From Octopus vulgaris (lineage: Eukaryota), in the NCBI GenBank assembly GCA_951406725.2, contig OX597817.1, forward strand, positions 71,176,001-71,240,000: 64,000 nt of DNA. The letters run 5' to 3'. The notes beneath the pieces are model-generated. The model was not told the origin of the DNA and did no database searches. It saw nothing but the letters and a program-made list of their open reading frames with translations. How positions within the stretch are numbered: position 1 is the first letter of the stretch; each line of letters opens with the position of its first letter. Shown piece after piece: positions 14,236 to 27,900 of the stretch. A program made the position numbers and the translations under genes.

Positions 14236-14724
14236 CTTTCCTACTCCTTCTTTCACAAAGTATATTATTTACTATTTCTTGCCAATGAATGTAGCTCACG
14301 CTATCTGATTTTCTTCATTAGTGCACTCGGCTTTTCAAACATAGTGGACGTAAAACTACTATTTTGATTTCCTTCGTGTCATCTTCACGCTGAAAAAGAA
14401 CTCTTTCCGAAAAGTTAGATACTTTACTCTCCATTAAAATTTCACCGAACAATTTACATGAACACAAACACAATAATACGTATATGTGTATAGCTGTGTG
14501 TGTATGTCTGTGTGTGTATGTGTGTGTGTGTAAGTATATATGTGCATGCATACATTCTATAACAGGAAGCGCGTTTTCTTTGATAAAATCAATTTCATAC
14601 ATATATATATATATATAATCTGAATGATATGATCTGAATGATATGATATATATATGTAAAAAATGTAATATATAAATAAATATCTATAAATATGAACCAT
14701 CCGATCTTCTGATTACCTCATTTC

Positions 14725-14767
<43 letters not shown>

Positions 14768-14916
14768 ATATTATGACATAAGTATGTATATATATATATG
14801 TGTGAGTGTGTGTGTGTATGTGTGTGTATATATATATCTGTCTATGTAGCTATATATATATACATATTCATATACATGTATATTCATACACACACACAAA
14901 CACACAAACACACACG

Positions 14917-14970
<54 letters not shown>

Positions 14971-15335
14971 AAGGTTAATTATATTCGCAAATATTGCAGA
15001 AAATAAGAAAGTATAAGGGGCTCGACTATCGAGTATGGTCTAATATGAAGACAATTAAGACTAAAATTGATTTTGTGATACACTATACAAAGAAGATTAA
15101 GTATATATCTACTTCAACGGTTATCTTTCGTGAGAAACGTATTCTTCAGATACATGCGCATGTGCATACACAACACCCTTGTGTGTGTATGTCTGTGTGT
15201 GTATGTGTGTGTGTGTAAGTATATATGTGCATGCATACATTCTATAACAGGAAGCGCGTTTTCTTTGATAAAATCAATTTCATACATATATATATATATA
15301 TATAATCTGAATGATATGATATATATATGTAAAAA

Positions 15336-15800
<465 letters not shown>

Positions 15801-16658
15801 GTGTACACAATTATACATGACTGCATCTTTCATAAAAAAATCAATGTCATATGTTTAAATAATGACACCATCTTTGAAAGCTGAACATAAAATGTGAAAT
15901 AGGTAATAATGATAACAACATTGATAATATTGATAACACTACCACCACCAACAATAAACAACAACAACGACGACGACGACGACGACAGTAACAACAACAA
16001 CAACAATAATAATGATAATAATGTTGAAATGATATAAGTAGCCGGTCTTGAGTATACGCTTTTGATGTCCGTATTTAGATATTTAAGTGCTTATATATTT
16101 GAGTATTTGCATGTCTAGATATTTCAATATAGTTTCTATAATTTACTATACCTCTTGCCGACAATGTATTTGTGTGCATACATGTGAATGTGTGTGTGTG
16201 TGTGTGTGTGTGTGTATGCATGTATGTGTGTATATGTGTTCTTGAGCATATGTATGCGCAGGTAGGTCTGTGCACATGGAGTGGGGCAGGTGTACATGTT
16301 TGTGTCTCTGTGTGTATGCATAATGATGTATGCATACAATAATCTAATGTCATGTTATACGCATTGATGAGAACAGAACTGTCGTCTATGCACATGTGGT
16401 TATATGAATCAATGTATTTATACATGCATATATATGTGTACGTACATAACATCTTCGTGTGAGTATATGTATGCGTGTGTTTATCTTTAAAGTATTCTAT
16501 GTGATTGCTTATGCTTATAATCTTATTTTAATGCTCCCTGTTTGTTTCTGTTCTGTTTTATAACTTTCATTCATTACGTCAGCATAATGCATGTGAACGA
16601 GTGTATATATATATATATATATACATGTGCATGTGTCTTTATATGTATACGGTATTTG

Positions 16659-16696
<38 letters not shown>

Positions 16697-16697
16697 C

Positions 16698-16757
<60 letters not shown>

Positions 16758-17546
16758 CACATTTATGCGTATATGCATACACAATTACGTGTAGAAACAT
16801 ACATGTATTTCCATATATATACAATCGCGCAAACACAAACACATACGCGCGCGCGCGTGCACACACATACCCATGGGTACTATTACACAATCACACGCAT
16901 ATAGGTGTGTGTGTTTTTGTTTATGTTATAAAAATAAATACGTTACATCAAAGATTTCAACTTTGCTCTTTAATTCTGAAATCGATTTATATTCAGAGGT
17001 GAACGTACAGACACATATGCATACACATTCTCTCTCTCTCTTCCTCTCTCTCTCTCTCTCTTTCACACACACACACATTCATAAACACCACGGGTACACA
17101 TATACACACATTTATACCCAGGTTCGCACTTACACTCACAGATACACATACACACAAACCCACTTTCTCTATCAAGCACATACATACTAAAAGGCACATA
17201 CGTTAGTATTCATCATATACATACACAACGTAAAAAAAAAAAAGAGAAATTATGCAGAAACTCATAATTCCATATCTATTAATCTATGTATATATTTACA
17301 TACATACATCTTTGTAAGTATACATACTTGGGTACATATATTTATAGAGACACGCCTGCAAGAGATATACTGGTAGAATCGGTCGAGTGGTTGGTGAAAA
17401 GAGACTTTCTGCTCGCATATAGTTACTGCCCCTTATTTTTTAAGTTTACATTTCGCACCGGTTAATTCGGCATTTTATCCTCGTTGGTAGTTGATCAGAA
17501 AATTGCACTAGTTTACAAATACTACATGCAGTTAAATCGACTAGAC

Positions 17547-17879
17547 CAAGGTTTCTTAACCATTATATATGAACCTCTTTGATTACTATTTTATTCAGGT
17601 GGGCTACCACAACCATTCGATGTTTAAATATTAATTTTATAGAAACTTCTTTCAAACGTCCTATTTTGCTTTTCACACATTAACTTGTGTAGGTCGAACT
17701 CAGTCAGATGTGAGAGAAAGAAACCTAACTGTTTCTGGGAATACATTCCAATACATGCATAAAGAGGAAAACTGTTTCAGGGCTTTTAAAATACTATTGT
17801 GAATTTCCAATTTACTATTTTGATACGTGCCCCCCCCCTCCACCTCAAGTCTTATATATGCCCTAGTTGAGAACTGCTG
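17547..17879. mobile_element. hAT (Charlie-like) MITE
   Basis: Ends caaggtttcttaacc ... gttgagaactgctg; imperfect 8-bp TSD gactagac/gcctagat. Confidence 0.6.
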
Positions 17880-18469
17880 GCCTAGATAGTACTCTGGTCT
17901 TGGCTTCGGTCGAATGTTTGATATCAGCCAAGAAACATACATATATATATACATACATATACACATCGGGTGTAAAGTTAAATATGTAACACAAGAGCCA
18001 AGAATTTCATGCAAGGATGAATTACAATTTTAATTTTGATAAAAAAAAACAAAACTATTATACACAAATATATTCCCCCCGCCCCTCAATACAGGAGATT
18101 AGAGCGAGCGACGCAGGCCCAGATTGAAAAATTCTTAAGCGAGTCTGAGATATAAAAGCTTTTGGCACAGTTGAGGTGAGATTCCCAACTCAAGAAAAAC
18201 CCAAAGAAACTGCAATAACAAACCTCAAAAGTGAAGAATTGTACCTAACTGCAACATACTTTCGGCCATAGAGTTGTTGTAGCTTTTCACCCAATAACCA
18301 CACACACGTCCGTGCACATATATGCTTATACGTTTATTGCTAACTGTTGGAAGAAAGATTACAACAGAAGAGATTAATTATATTTTTATTATGCCCGTCA
18401 GCCTGTTGCTACTCAGAGTTTTGCTAGTGGGTGCACAGGGTCTTCAGATAAGATACGACTCTCTCTCTA

Positions 18470-18590
18470 TATAGTTGAAATTTACAGAAAAACAATAGAC
18501 GAAGTCAGGTGTATGAACAACAAGCAGGTGTATTAGTTTGACACTCGGGTAAAGTGAGAAAGTCTTTTACGTTTCGAGTCTACGCTCTTC
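18470..18590 (-). mobile_element. Truncated copy of the HHR-bearing repeat at 25702-25950
   Basis: gtgagaaagtcttttacgtttcgagtctacgctcttc matches 25782-25818 but stops before the CUG core. Confidence 0.7.
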
Positions 18591-19107
18591 ATGTGTGTGG
18601 TATATGTGTATCTGTGTGTATGTGTGTGTGTGTGCATGTGCATGTGTGTGTATGAGTGTGTGTGTGTGCACGCATGTATATGTATGTACATATGCATTCT
18701 TCCCACAATACCTTTACATCTTCCCATGAGTCTAATCCCACAGCCCATCCTGCTTCGTTCCTTTTGATTTCCGACATGCTATCAGTCACCTCATTCTCCT
18801 GACCAGTGGTTCTTAAACCGTTTTTTTTTGCCTATGAATCCTTTTCATTCCTTTTTGTTCTACTGGAGCTCCATAGCCATTCAATGCATATGAGAAAACT
18901 CCGATTGTGTTTTTATAATTCAATATTATTAGGAAGTGTATAAAGAATGTTAAAATATTTTGTGTATTTTAGAAGTAGAACCAGTCAACAATAACGAAAG
19001 AGTATAATGACCTTGTTTGTATCTTGTGCTATGTGTTTTACCAGCTGTCTGTAGTTATATATACACACACACTAACACTTGTGTATGGATATTTATATGT
19101 ATATATA

Positions 19108-19141
<34 letters not shown>

Positions 19142-19794
19142 AACACATACACACTCATATATAGGCTCATCGATAATGAACGACCGATTCAAAAACAAGA
19201 ATACACACACACACGCACACACATACACACATATTTATATAGACGTACACATTCTTATATATTCTTATGTATTGAGTTTTCTCTAGTGTATTTCATCAAA
19301 CCCCTATGCATCGAGAGATACAGAGACAAAAGGGAAGGAAATTAAAAAAAAATTGATAAAGAAATAGAGAAATGGAGAGAGAAATTAAAATAGAGAGAGA
19401 AAGAGAGAGCAAGCAAGCAAAACGGTAAATGACAATAAAAGGAGATATCTATAGAAGGAAAGAGAAATGTCCAAAGAATAATAAAAGGTATGGGAAGTAA
19501 TAAAACCAGAATGAAAAATACAATAAAATGATAATAAAAGGAGAAATAAGATAAAAGACAAACAGACAAAAATTAAATTAAGCAATTTAATCGACGAATA
19601 AGAGTTTGACAAAAACAAAATGAGAATGAAGGAATACAAGAATAAATGGAAGATAATGGAATAAAGTAATTAGTAAAATGGCTACTTAATCAAGATTAAT
19701 GATTTTCAATGAAATATGAATAAATAAATTCAATATAGAAACCGCAAAAAGTAATAAAAATAAAATAAAAAAACAAAGTGAGATAATTTACAAT

Positions 19795-20012
19795 AATGAT
19801 TTCAAATTTTGGCAGTAGGCCACAGTTTTAGGTGGGGTGAGGCTGCTCGATTTACATCTATCTTAGGACTTCATTGATACTTATTTTACCAACTCCGGAC
19901 AGATGAAAGGCAAAGTCGACCTCGGCGGCATCTGAACTCAGAACTTCAAGAGTCAGGAGAAATGCCACTTAGCACTTTCTGTGACGCACTAACGATTTTG
20001 CCAGCTCGCCAT
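19795..20012 (-). mobile_element. SINE family A
   Basis: gatgaaaggcaaagtcgacctcggcgg..gaactcagaac..ttttgccagctcgcc. Confidence 0.8.
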
Positions 20013-20207
20013 TTTGTTATGGAGTTGAGTATATTGTTGTTATATTAGTGTTTGTTCTGTAATTCTTGGTATGATTAATGTAAGTTGTGTTATTTTATTG
20101 GGTATTAGTATCGCAGAGTATATGTTGTGCGAGTATGTTGTTTTAGATATTTAGGTGTTTATTGTAAAGGGTGTGTGTTGTATGTGAAGATTGTTCTATT
20201 TCACAAT

Positions 20208-20430
20208 GGCGGCGAGCTGGCAGAAACGTTAGCTCGCCGGGCGAAATGCTAAGTAGTATTTCGTCTGCCGTTACGTTCTGAGTTCAAATTCCGCCAAAGT
20301 CGACTTTGCCTTTCATCCTTTCGGGTTCGATAAATTAAGTACCAGTTACGCACTGGGGTCGATATAATCGACTTAATTCTGTCCTTGTTTGTTTCCTCTA
20401 TGTTTAGCCCCTTGTGGGTAGTAAAGAAAT
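20208..20430 (+). mobile_element. SINE family A, full length with TSD
   Basis: ggcggcgagctggcagaaacg..taaagaaat; 14-bp TSD agattgttctattt (20188-20201, 20431-20444). Confidence 0.9.
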
Positions 20431-20459
20431 AGATTGTTCTATTTTAGCTATTTTATTAA

Positions 20460-21540
20460 ATTGATAACGTCTTGCGTAAGATGAGCGCTGTTCCCAGCAG
20501 AACTATTCTCTTGACTGAAGTGTCGTAAGTCCTGGTAAGACATCTATGTCTCTTTTCATATTTTAAAATCATTAATGCTTCAATTTTTATTGGCATTGTT
20601 TTCATCTTCATGCCTCACATCTTGAATATTTCAATCTCAATGTCCTTGCATTTTGATAGCTTCACTTCTTTTCGGGCATTATTTACAGCAGAAAGGATTG
20701 CGATGTTTAAGTGTACATGTATATGTTTTCCAGTCTTAATTTTATGTTTGGATGGTTCGCATTTATGTCTGAACGGTTATCTTTGTTACATTGGACAAGT
20801 GTGTCTCGGATTACTGTGATAACTTCTTGTTCGTTTCCACATTGAAATATTGCATATTGTCCAGTGGATATACATGCCAACTCGATCATGCTTGCATATG
20901 TTCAGATTTGTCAAGAACAAGACCATCGGAGATGATGTGGTCTTCTGTTTCATTGTACATCTTACGTTAAGATCTATTTTCATGATTTTGTTTTTAAATC
21001 TGTTTATGACCAAACACTGGTCTTGTGCAGTGAGAATTAGTCCTTCCTTTTCTGCTTTTAGACCGTAGCTTTTGAGCCATTGTTAACGTTCACTTTGGCT
21101 TACTTCTCCTCTATCGAGCTTTGCAAATTAATTGGTTGTTGTAGCTTTCCTTTCCATTTCTTCATTAGTATGGTTTGTGATTTTGTTTTGTTATCTAAAT
21201 TTATTGTTTCAGGGTATTCTGTGTCTGTTTTGCATTTTATCACTTCCTCGCCTATAGAGGAATTTTGTGCTTCTTTTTCATGTTTTTTTATATTACATTT
21301 ATGAGTCTGCTGTTGTTTCTAGGTATTTATCCTATTCAATTATTATTATTTTATAAAAGTTTTATGTTTGCGTCAAGCCACGCTCTCCTTGTGTGAGGTG
21401 TAGGTATATTCTGTCTATAGCTGTTTTTGGGATGGTGGCTTCGGTATGCTGTTAGTACTTACCTGGCTTTCTATCTAATAATTTCTATTCACTTAGGTGT
21501 AGTTTCTCACTGGTATGGTTAGCACATTCATACCCATTAT
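20460..21540 (-). mobile_element. Old, degenerate R4/Dong-like RLE retrotransposon 3' half
   Basis: Broken frames with KHDRVGMYIHWTIC, INANHPNI, KDIEIEI; collinear with the younger copy at 21800-23645. Confidence 0.7.
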
Positions 21541-21737
21541 ATTATTTCTTGCAATCAGCTCACTTTTTAACATCTAACCAAACTGGAATGCCTACTTCTT
21601 ATGGAAGGGCCAGGCTCCGCTGGCTATTAAACCCATCTGCTCTCATCACTCACTCTGTGGCCTTAGGATGCTGTCCATATTGATGCTGAAATTAGTAAAT
21701 TCCAAAAAGTATTTCATTATTATTATTACTATTGTTA

Positions 21738-21799
<62 letters not shown>

Positions 21800-21802
<3 letters not shown>

Positions 21803-23645
21803 TAGTTTTATTTTTATTTTTATAGCGTGCTTTCACTTCACTACCGAGCGCAGCTCTGTGTGCCTTGGGTATGTGCTGTGATTTGTTGTGATGCTCTGAT
21901 GGTTATTGTATGGAAAGTGTTCTGCGTAGGATGTGTGCAGTGCCTAGTAGTGCAATTTTCTGTATGTTATATGTGTTTGTAAGTCCTGGTGTTTTTGTTA
22001 TGTATTTGTCTGAATATTTTTTTATCATGCCTAATGCACCTACTATGATAGGAATTGTTTCTGTTTTCAGATTCCACATTCTAGTTACCTCTATTTCCAG
22101 GTCTTTGTATTTTGAGAGTTTCTCCATTTCTTTTAGAGACACGTTGTCATCTGCCGGTACTGATACATCAATTAGAAAGCATTTTTTTTCTTCATGGTCT
22201 CTGACAACTATATCTGGTCTGTTGGCCTTAATTTCTCTATCTGTGTGTATCGGCATATCCCAGAGTATGGTTGCTTTCTCGTTTTCTGTGACCTTTTCTG
22301 GTGTGTGCCTATACCATCTTTTTTCTGTTGTTATTCCATAATGTTGGCATAGCTTCCAATGTATGTAAGTTCCAACTCTGTCATGTCTGTGAATATATTC
22401 CTTCTTAGCCAGGACTGGGCAGCTAGAGATAATATGATTTATTGTTTCTTGTCCATCTCCACATATTCTGCAGTTACTTGTAATATTTCTTTTCATTACA
22501 TGTTTTTGGTAATTTCTGGTGGGGAGGCTTTGGTCTTGTGCTGCAATTAAAAATCCCTCTGTTTCTGCTTTGAGTCCTGAGCTTCTCAACCATTGCTGGG
22601 ATTTTTCTTTGTCTATTTCTTTTGCGTTTAGTTTAGTCCAGTATTTACCATGAAGGGGCTTTTCTTGCCATCGTTTTATCATGGTTCGTTGCTGTTCTAT
22701 TTTTAGTTTGGATTTCATTTGTTTTATAGCTTTTGTTGTTTCTTCTTCTTCTTCTTCTTCTTCTTCTTCTTCTTCTTCTTCTTCTTCTTCTTCTTCTTCT
22801 TCTTCTTCTTCTTCTTCTTCTTCTTGTTTATTAGGTGGTATGATTTCTTGTTTGTATTTGTCAGCTTCCTTAAATACTGAGAACAGTTTTTTGTTTTGCT
22901 CGTGTTTTGCCGCTATCTGGATCAGTTTTCCTTCCTTCTGAAGTAGATATTTTTGCAGTCCTATGGTGGTTATTTTATAGTAGTTTTCCAGCTGTATAAG
23001 GCCTCTACCACCTTCTATACGTTGTATATATAGTCTTTCTATGTCAGATTTTGGGTGATGCATCCTAGATCCTGTCATTATTTTTCTTGTTTTCCTGTCT
23101 ATTTTGGTCAGTTCATTTCGTGTCCAGTTAAGGATATTGTAGCTGTAACTTATAACTGGGACAGCTAAAGTGTTGATACCTATTATCTTGTTTTTAGCAT
23201 TGAGCTCTGTTTTTAGTATTGATCTAACTCGTCTATAATATTCTTTTTTTATTTTCTCTTTCATTTGTGTGTGTTGTGTCTTATCTAGTTCATGGATTCC
23301 TAAGTATTTGTAAGTTTGGCTTTGGTCAAATTCTTTTATTTCATTTGCTTCATCTAGTGTGATGTTGTTACTCTTAACTAGTTTTCCTCTTTTCATGGTT
23401 ACTTTGGCGCATTTTTCTAATCCAAATTTCATATCTATTTCTTTGGTAAATCCATGAACTGTCTTTAATAGTGTTTCCAGCTGTTTGTCATTTGCAGCGT
23501 ATAGTTTTAGGTCATCCATATATAAAAGGTGGCTGATCGTTTTGCCGTAACATTTATATCCGCATCCAGTTCTATTTAGCATATCAGACAGAGGTGACAG
23601 TGCCAAGCAGAAAAGGAGTGGAGAGAGCGTATCTCCCTGGAATAT
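21800..23645 (-). mobile_element. Young 5'-truncated R4/Dong-clade non-LTR retrotransposon (RT, CCHC, RLE) inserted in (TAA)n
   Basis: Unbroken frame IFQGDTLSPLLF..HLLYMDDLKLY..CRICGDGQETINHIISSC..RHDRV..RPDIVV..IDVSVP..KLSKY, stop at 21903; ~100-nt 3' UTR; (TAA)n on both sides. Confidence 0.92.
21903..23645 (-). pseudogene. RT / restriction-like endonuclease ORF (N-terminally truncated, with in-frame poly-Glu)
   Basis: ~580 codons with no stop; begins at the RT QGD motif, so N-terminal RT motifs are missing; (GAA)28 at 22740-22823. Confidence 0.88.
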
Positions 23646-23673
23646 TATTATTATTATTATTATTATTATTATG

Positions 23674-23732
<59 letters not shown>

Positions 23733-24149
23733 CATAAAGGCGGGAGCTGGAGATCATTAGCACATCAGACAAACTACTTAGCGGCATTCCTCCCGGCTCT
23801 TTACTTTCTCGCGAGTCTGAAAGTACCTTCTCTGTGTATGCTTGTCCAAGTAGTGGGGAAGAAACTGGAAGACACCAGTATCGATGCCTCGAAGACGGCA
23901 GAGTAATCCGAGCCATTTTTTATGGGTAGTTTTCCCCAATCACCCAAAGTAGCCTGCCCCGCTATTGGGGATTTTATTTATTATATAGATATTTTCAGTT
24001 CTGTTTCTATATCTTTTGTTATGTTCTTATTCTTGTCGGTTCTCTTTTGATCGATGTAAAACCACCTTTGTTGTGTGTTGTATTTCGTCTTTTGATATCG
24101 TCCCCATTGGCCTCTTGTTTAATTATAAAAGAGAATAAAATAAAAGTAA

Positions 24150-24309
24150 GGCTGTGTGGTAAGTAGCTTGCTAATCAACCACATGGTTCCGGGTTCAGTC
24201 CCACTGCGTGGCATCTTGGGCAAGTGTCTTTTGCTATAGCCTCGGGCCGACCAATGCCTTGTGAGTGGATTTGGTAGACGGAAACTGAAAGAAGCCTGTC
24301 GTATATAAG

Positions 24310-24348
<39 letters not shown>

Positions 24349-24558
24349 ATGTGTTTGTGTTTGTCACCCCAGCATTGCTTGACAACCGATGCTGGTGTGT
24401 TTGCGTCCCCGTCACTTAGCGGTTCGGCAAAAGGGATCGATAGAATAAGTACTGGGCTTACAAAGAATAAGTCCCGGGGTCGATTTGCTCGACTAAAGGC
24501 GGTGCTCCAGCATGGCCGCAGTCAAATGACTGAAACAAGTAAAAGAGTAAAAAGAGAG
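24150..24558 (+). mobile_element. SINE family B, near full length
   Basis: tRNA-like head ggctgtgtggtaag..ggttccgggttcagtccc, body gcaagtgtctt..gtggatttggtagacggaaac, internal microsatellite, tail gactgaaacaagtaaaagag. Confidence 0.88.
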
Positions 24559-24862
24559 TATTACTATGGTTGTTTGGCGAACTGACAGAATTTTTAGAAC
24601 CAAATCTTTAGTGGCATGAGTTCAAGTGCTGCCGAGGGCAACTTTGCTTGGTATCCTTTCAGGCTGATAAAATAAAGTACCAGTTGAGCACTAGAGTTGA
24701 TGTAATCGACGAAACTCTTCCCCTCAAAAGGTTTTTGGTCTTGTGCCAAAATTAGAACAAATTATTATTTATAGTAGTTGTAGTAAGAGAGGTAGCAGTA
24801 ATAGCAACAACAGTAGTATCAGTCGCACAATAGCAACAAAAGAGCAGTAGTACTAGTAGTTC

Positions 24863-24922
<60 letters not shown>

Positions 24923-25657
24923 TTGGTAGTAATTTCCGATCAACTTCCGCTGATTGGGAATTTAGTTGGCGAGGGAAAAGGTCATCTTTTGTTTACATCA
25001 AAAACTAAACCGATTCGTTGTCCACTCATAAACACACATACACATACGCGGTAGCTCACAAATGTCCGCGAAGTGCATTCACACCCAATAAAAACAAGCA
25101 ACGCGATTGTGTAGCCCACACAACATCAATCAGGATTTCGAATAAAAGCACGTTTGAATGCGGTCTCACATGAGGACTACCTCTTAAACTCACGTGTGTG
25201 TTCGTATGTAAATATTCACACATACACAATTCATACGTAAATGTATACATAAACACATAGTTTTAACCGAATGAAGAACTAACGGCAGGTGTATAGTCAG
25301 GTATTTTTAATTATTTTATTGAGATTGATGCCGGTGTTCGGCTTCATCTGATGCTGCGGCAACTGGTAAAATTTTGATGTCATTGTCGTTAAAAATTATC
25401 TGTACGTATATACTATGTATGTATGTATGTATGTATGTATGTATGTATGTATGTATGTATGTATGTATGTATGTATGTATGTATGTATGTATGTATATAT
25501 GTATGTCTATCTGTCTGCGTGTCTGTATGTATGTATGTATATCTGTATGTCTGTATGAATGTATGCATGTGTATGTATGTATGTATGTGTGTATGTTTGT
25601 ATGTATGTATGCCTGTCTGTCTGTATGTATATATGCAAGCGCATATGTATGTGTGTA

Positions 25658-25701
<44 letters not shown>

Positions 25702-25710
<9 letters not shown>

Positions 25711-25950
25711 ATTTACAATAAACAAAATACGAAGACGGGTGTGTAAACAACAAACAGATTTATTAGTTTAACGCTCGGGAAGTGAGAAAGTCTTTTACGT
25801 TTCGAACCTACGCTCTTCGACAGAAAGGAACACAAAAATAAACAGGAAGAGAAAACAGAAAAAGGTTTAGTGGCTAGCGATCTATCATGGCGAATGCCAG
25901 ACAGAGGGGTCACACAAGAAAGCTAGGAAGAAGGGAGATGATAAAGTAGT
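25702..25950 (-). mobile_element. (TA)n-flanked repeat, probable PLE terminal fragment
   Basis: Second copy at 18470-18590; contains a minimal HHR-like motif. Confidence 0.6.
25792..25827 (-). ncRNA. Minimal hammerhead-like motif with variant core
   Basis: Minus strand CTTT-CTGTCGA-A-GAGC-GTAG-GTTC-GAAAC-GTA-AAAG: stem I CUUU/AAAG, stem II GAGC/GUUC, loopless stem III, core CUGUCGA instead of CUGANGA. Confidence 0.5.
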
Positions 25951-26202
25951 GTATGTATATATATATACACACATTCGTTCAATTTTAGTCGAAGTGAACT
26001 ATTTTCAGATGTAGCACTCAGTATATGATATATGTGTAGAGTTTTATATTTTTTAAATTTACACATTATCATACCAGTCATTTCAACTTCAGAGCACTTG
26101 ATATTGACCTAAGGCCGAAACATTCGCTGTTTCAGTTTTTAAAATTCATATATACATATACTCACGCACACACATGTGTGAGTGAATGTGTTTGCGTGTA
26201 TA

Positions 26203-26265
<63 letters not shown>

Positions 26266-27499
26266 ATCTTTACCTTTTGACCGACAGATTTTAAAAAATG
26301 TTTTTTTGTAACTAAATACTTTCAAACTTCGTATACTTATAGAATGTGTCACATAAAACATCTTTTACTCTTGGCGCTGTTGAAAAAATTAGCCTCTTTT
26401 TTCTGTGGGATTGTATACAAATATACGTACGTGCTAAGTATACAAATATTCGTACATGGTAAGCATACAAACACCTATGCAGGCATATACACGCCAAAGC
26501 AAGGAAAGAAAATACCAAACAAAGAGGAACGAACAAGACGAAATCAGCTATATATGTTTTGTAAATATGGCATGTACTTCAATACCATGTACTTAAATTT
26601 AATTGTATACTATAATGACCTTTTTCATTTTCTTTTTAGGAGGAAAACATGTTTTATAAAGTTGCATATTGAGTTTTATCAAGAAAAACTGAACTCTGAA
26701 AAAATTTCCAAGTACATAAAGAAAATGGATGACAAAATTGTTTTGAATTGTTCCGTACAATAAACAGTTTGAAAAAAATGTATTCAGAATGCCAAGAAGT
26801 GTATGTTTAGGCTTTTCTTAAATATAAGTATACAAGAATTTTCTTTTAATGTTTAAATCAGAAGCTGGTAAACAACTGTAATAAACAACTTCAATAGCGA
26901 AATTAAGTCATGTTTTTCCTCTTTCTATTGTGTTATATTTATCTTCAAAGAAAATGAATTTCATGCTGATGTTGATAATAAAAATAAAATTATTATTTTT
27001 CTTCGTGAAACAAGCTCTCTCCACATTCTGAATTCCACAAGCTACTGAAGAAAAAATTGTCCATTTCTTTGTCTATTGACTATAACGAGAATAAATCTAC
27101 ACTGGTTTACTATAAGGAAGAAAAGAAGAAATAGATTTAGAACTACTACAAATATATATGACAAGACCGAAATCCTCAACAAGACAGAAAGAAAATCATG
27201 CACTAGCTGTTAAGAGAGTTTAAAACTGCCAAAAACAAGATTATTTTCATAAGCCATGAAATGGAGGCAGAAAGAGGTTGGGTTTTTGCCTCTAAAGGAT
27301 GTGTATGTATAAAGTATATATGTATTTAGACAGTCAATCTAAACACTTTACAGTACTCAAATGATTCGATGCCTTTATGAGGAATCGATTCCGCGGGATA
27401 AAAAGTGACTATAAGCGGAATCAAAGTGAGTAGGTACGGAGGCAAATTAAATATAACAACTTGGGTTTGATATACAATATATATATATATATATATAGT

Positions 27500-27900
27500 A
27501 GCTGTGTGCTATAAGTAGCTTGCTTACGAACCACATGGTTCCGGATTCAGTCCCACTGCGTGGCACCTTGGGCAAGTGTCTTCTACTATATCTTCGGGCC
27601 GACCAAATCCTTGTGAGTGGATTTGGTAGACAGAAATTGAAAGAAGCCCGTCGTATATATGTATTTATATATGTATGTGTGTGTATATGTTTGTGTGTCT
27701 GTGTTTGTTCCCCCAACATCGCTTGACAACCGATGCTGGTGTGCTTACGTCCCCGTAACCTAGCGGTTCGGCAAACGAGACCGATAGAATAAGCACTAGG
27801 CTCTCAAAGAATAAGTCCTGGGGTCGATTTGCTGGACTAAAGGCGGTGCTCCAGCATGGCCATAGTCACATGACTGAAACAAGGAAAATAGTGTAAAAGA
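27500..27900 (+). mobile_element. SINE family B
   Basis: Closely similar to 24150-24558. Confidence 0.88.

Noticed and set aside
23646-23735. Poly-Ile N-terminus of the 610-aa ORF
   Set aside because: It is the (TAA)n target read in frame; the element is 5'-truncated at IFQGD.
24150-24215. tRNA genes at SINE heads
   Set aside because: Only A/B-box-like similarity, no cloverleaf, and they continue into SINE bodies.
26083-26128. gacc-taa-ggcc-GAAAC hammerhead-like string
   Set aside because: No recognisable CUGANGA core; too degenerate.
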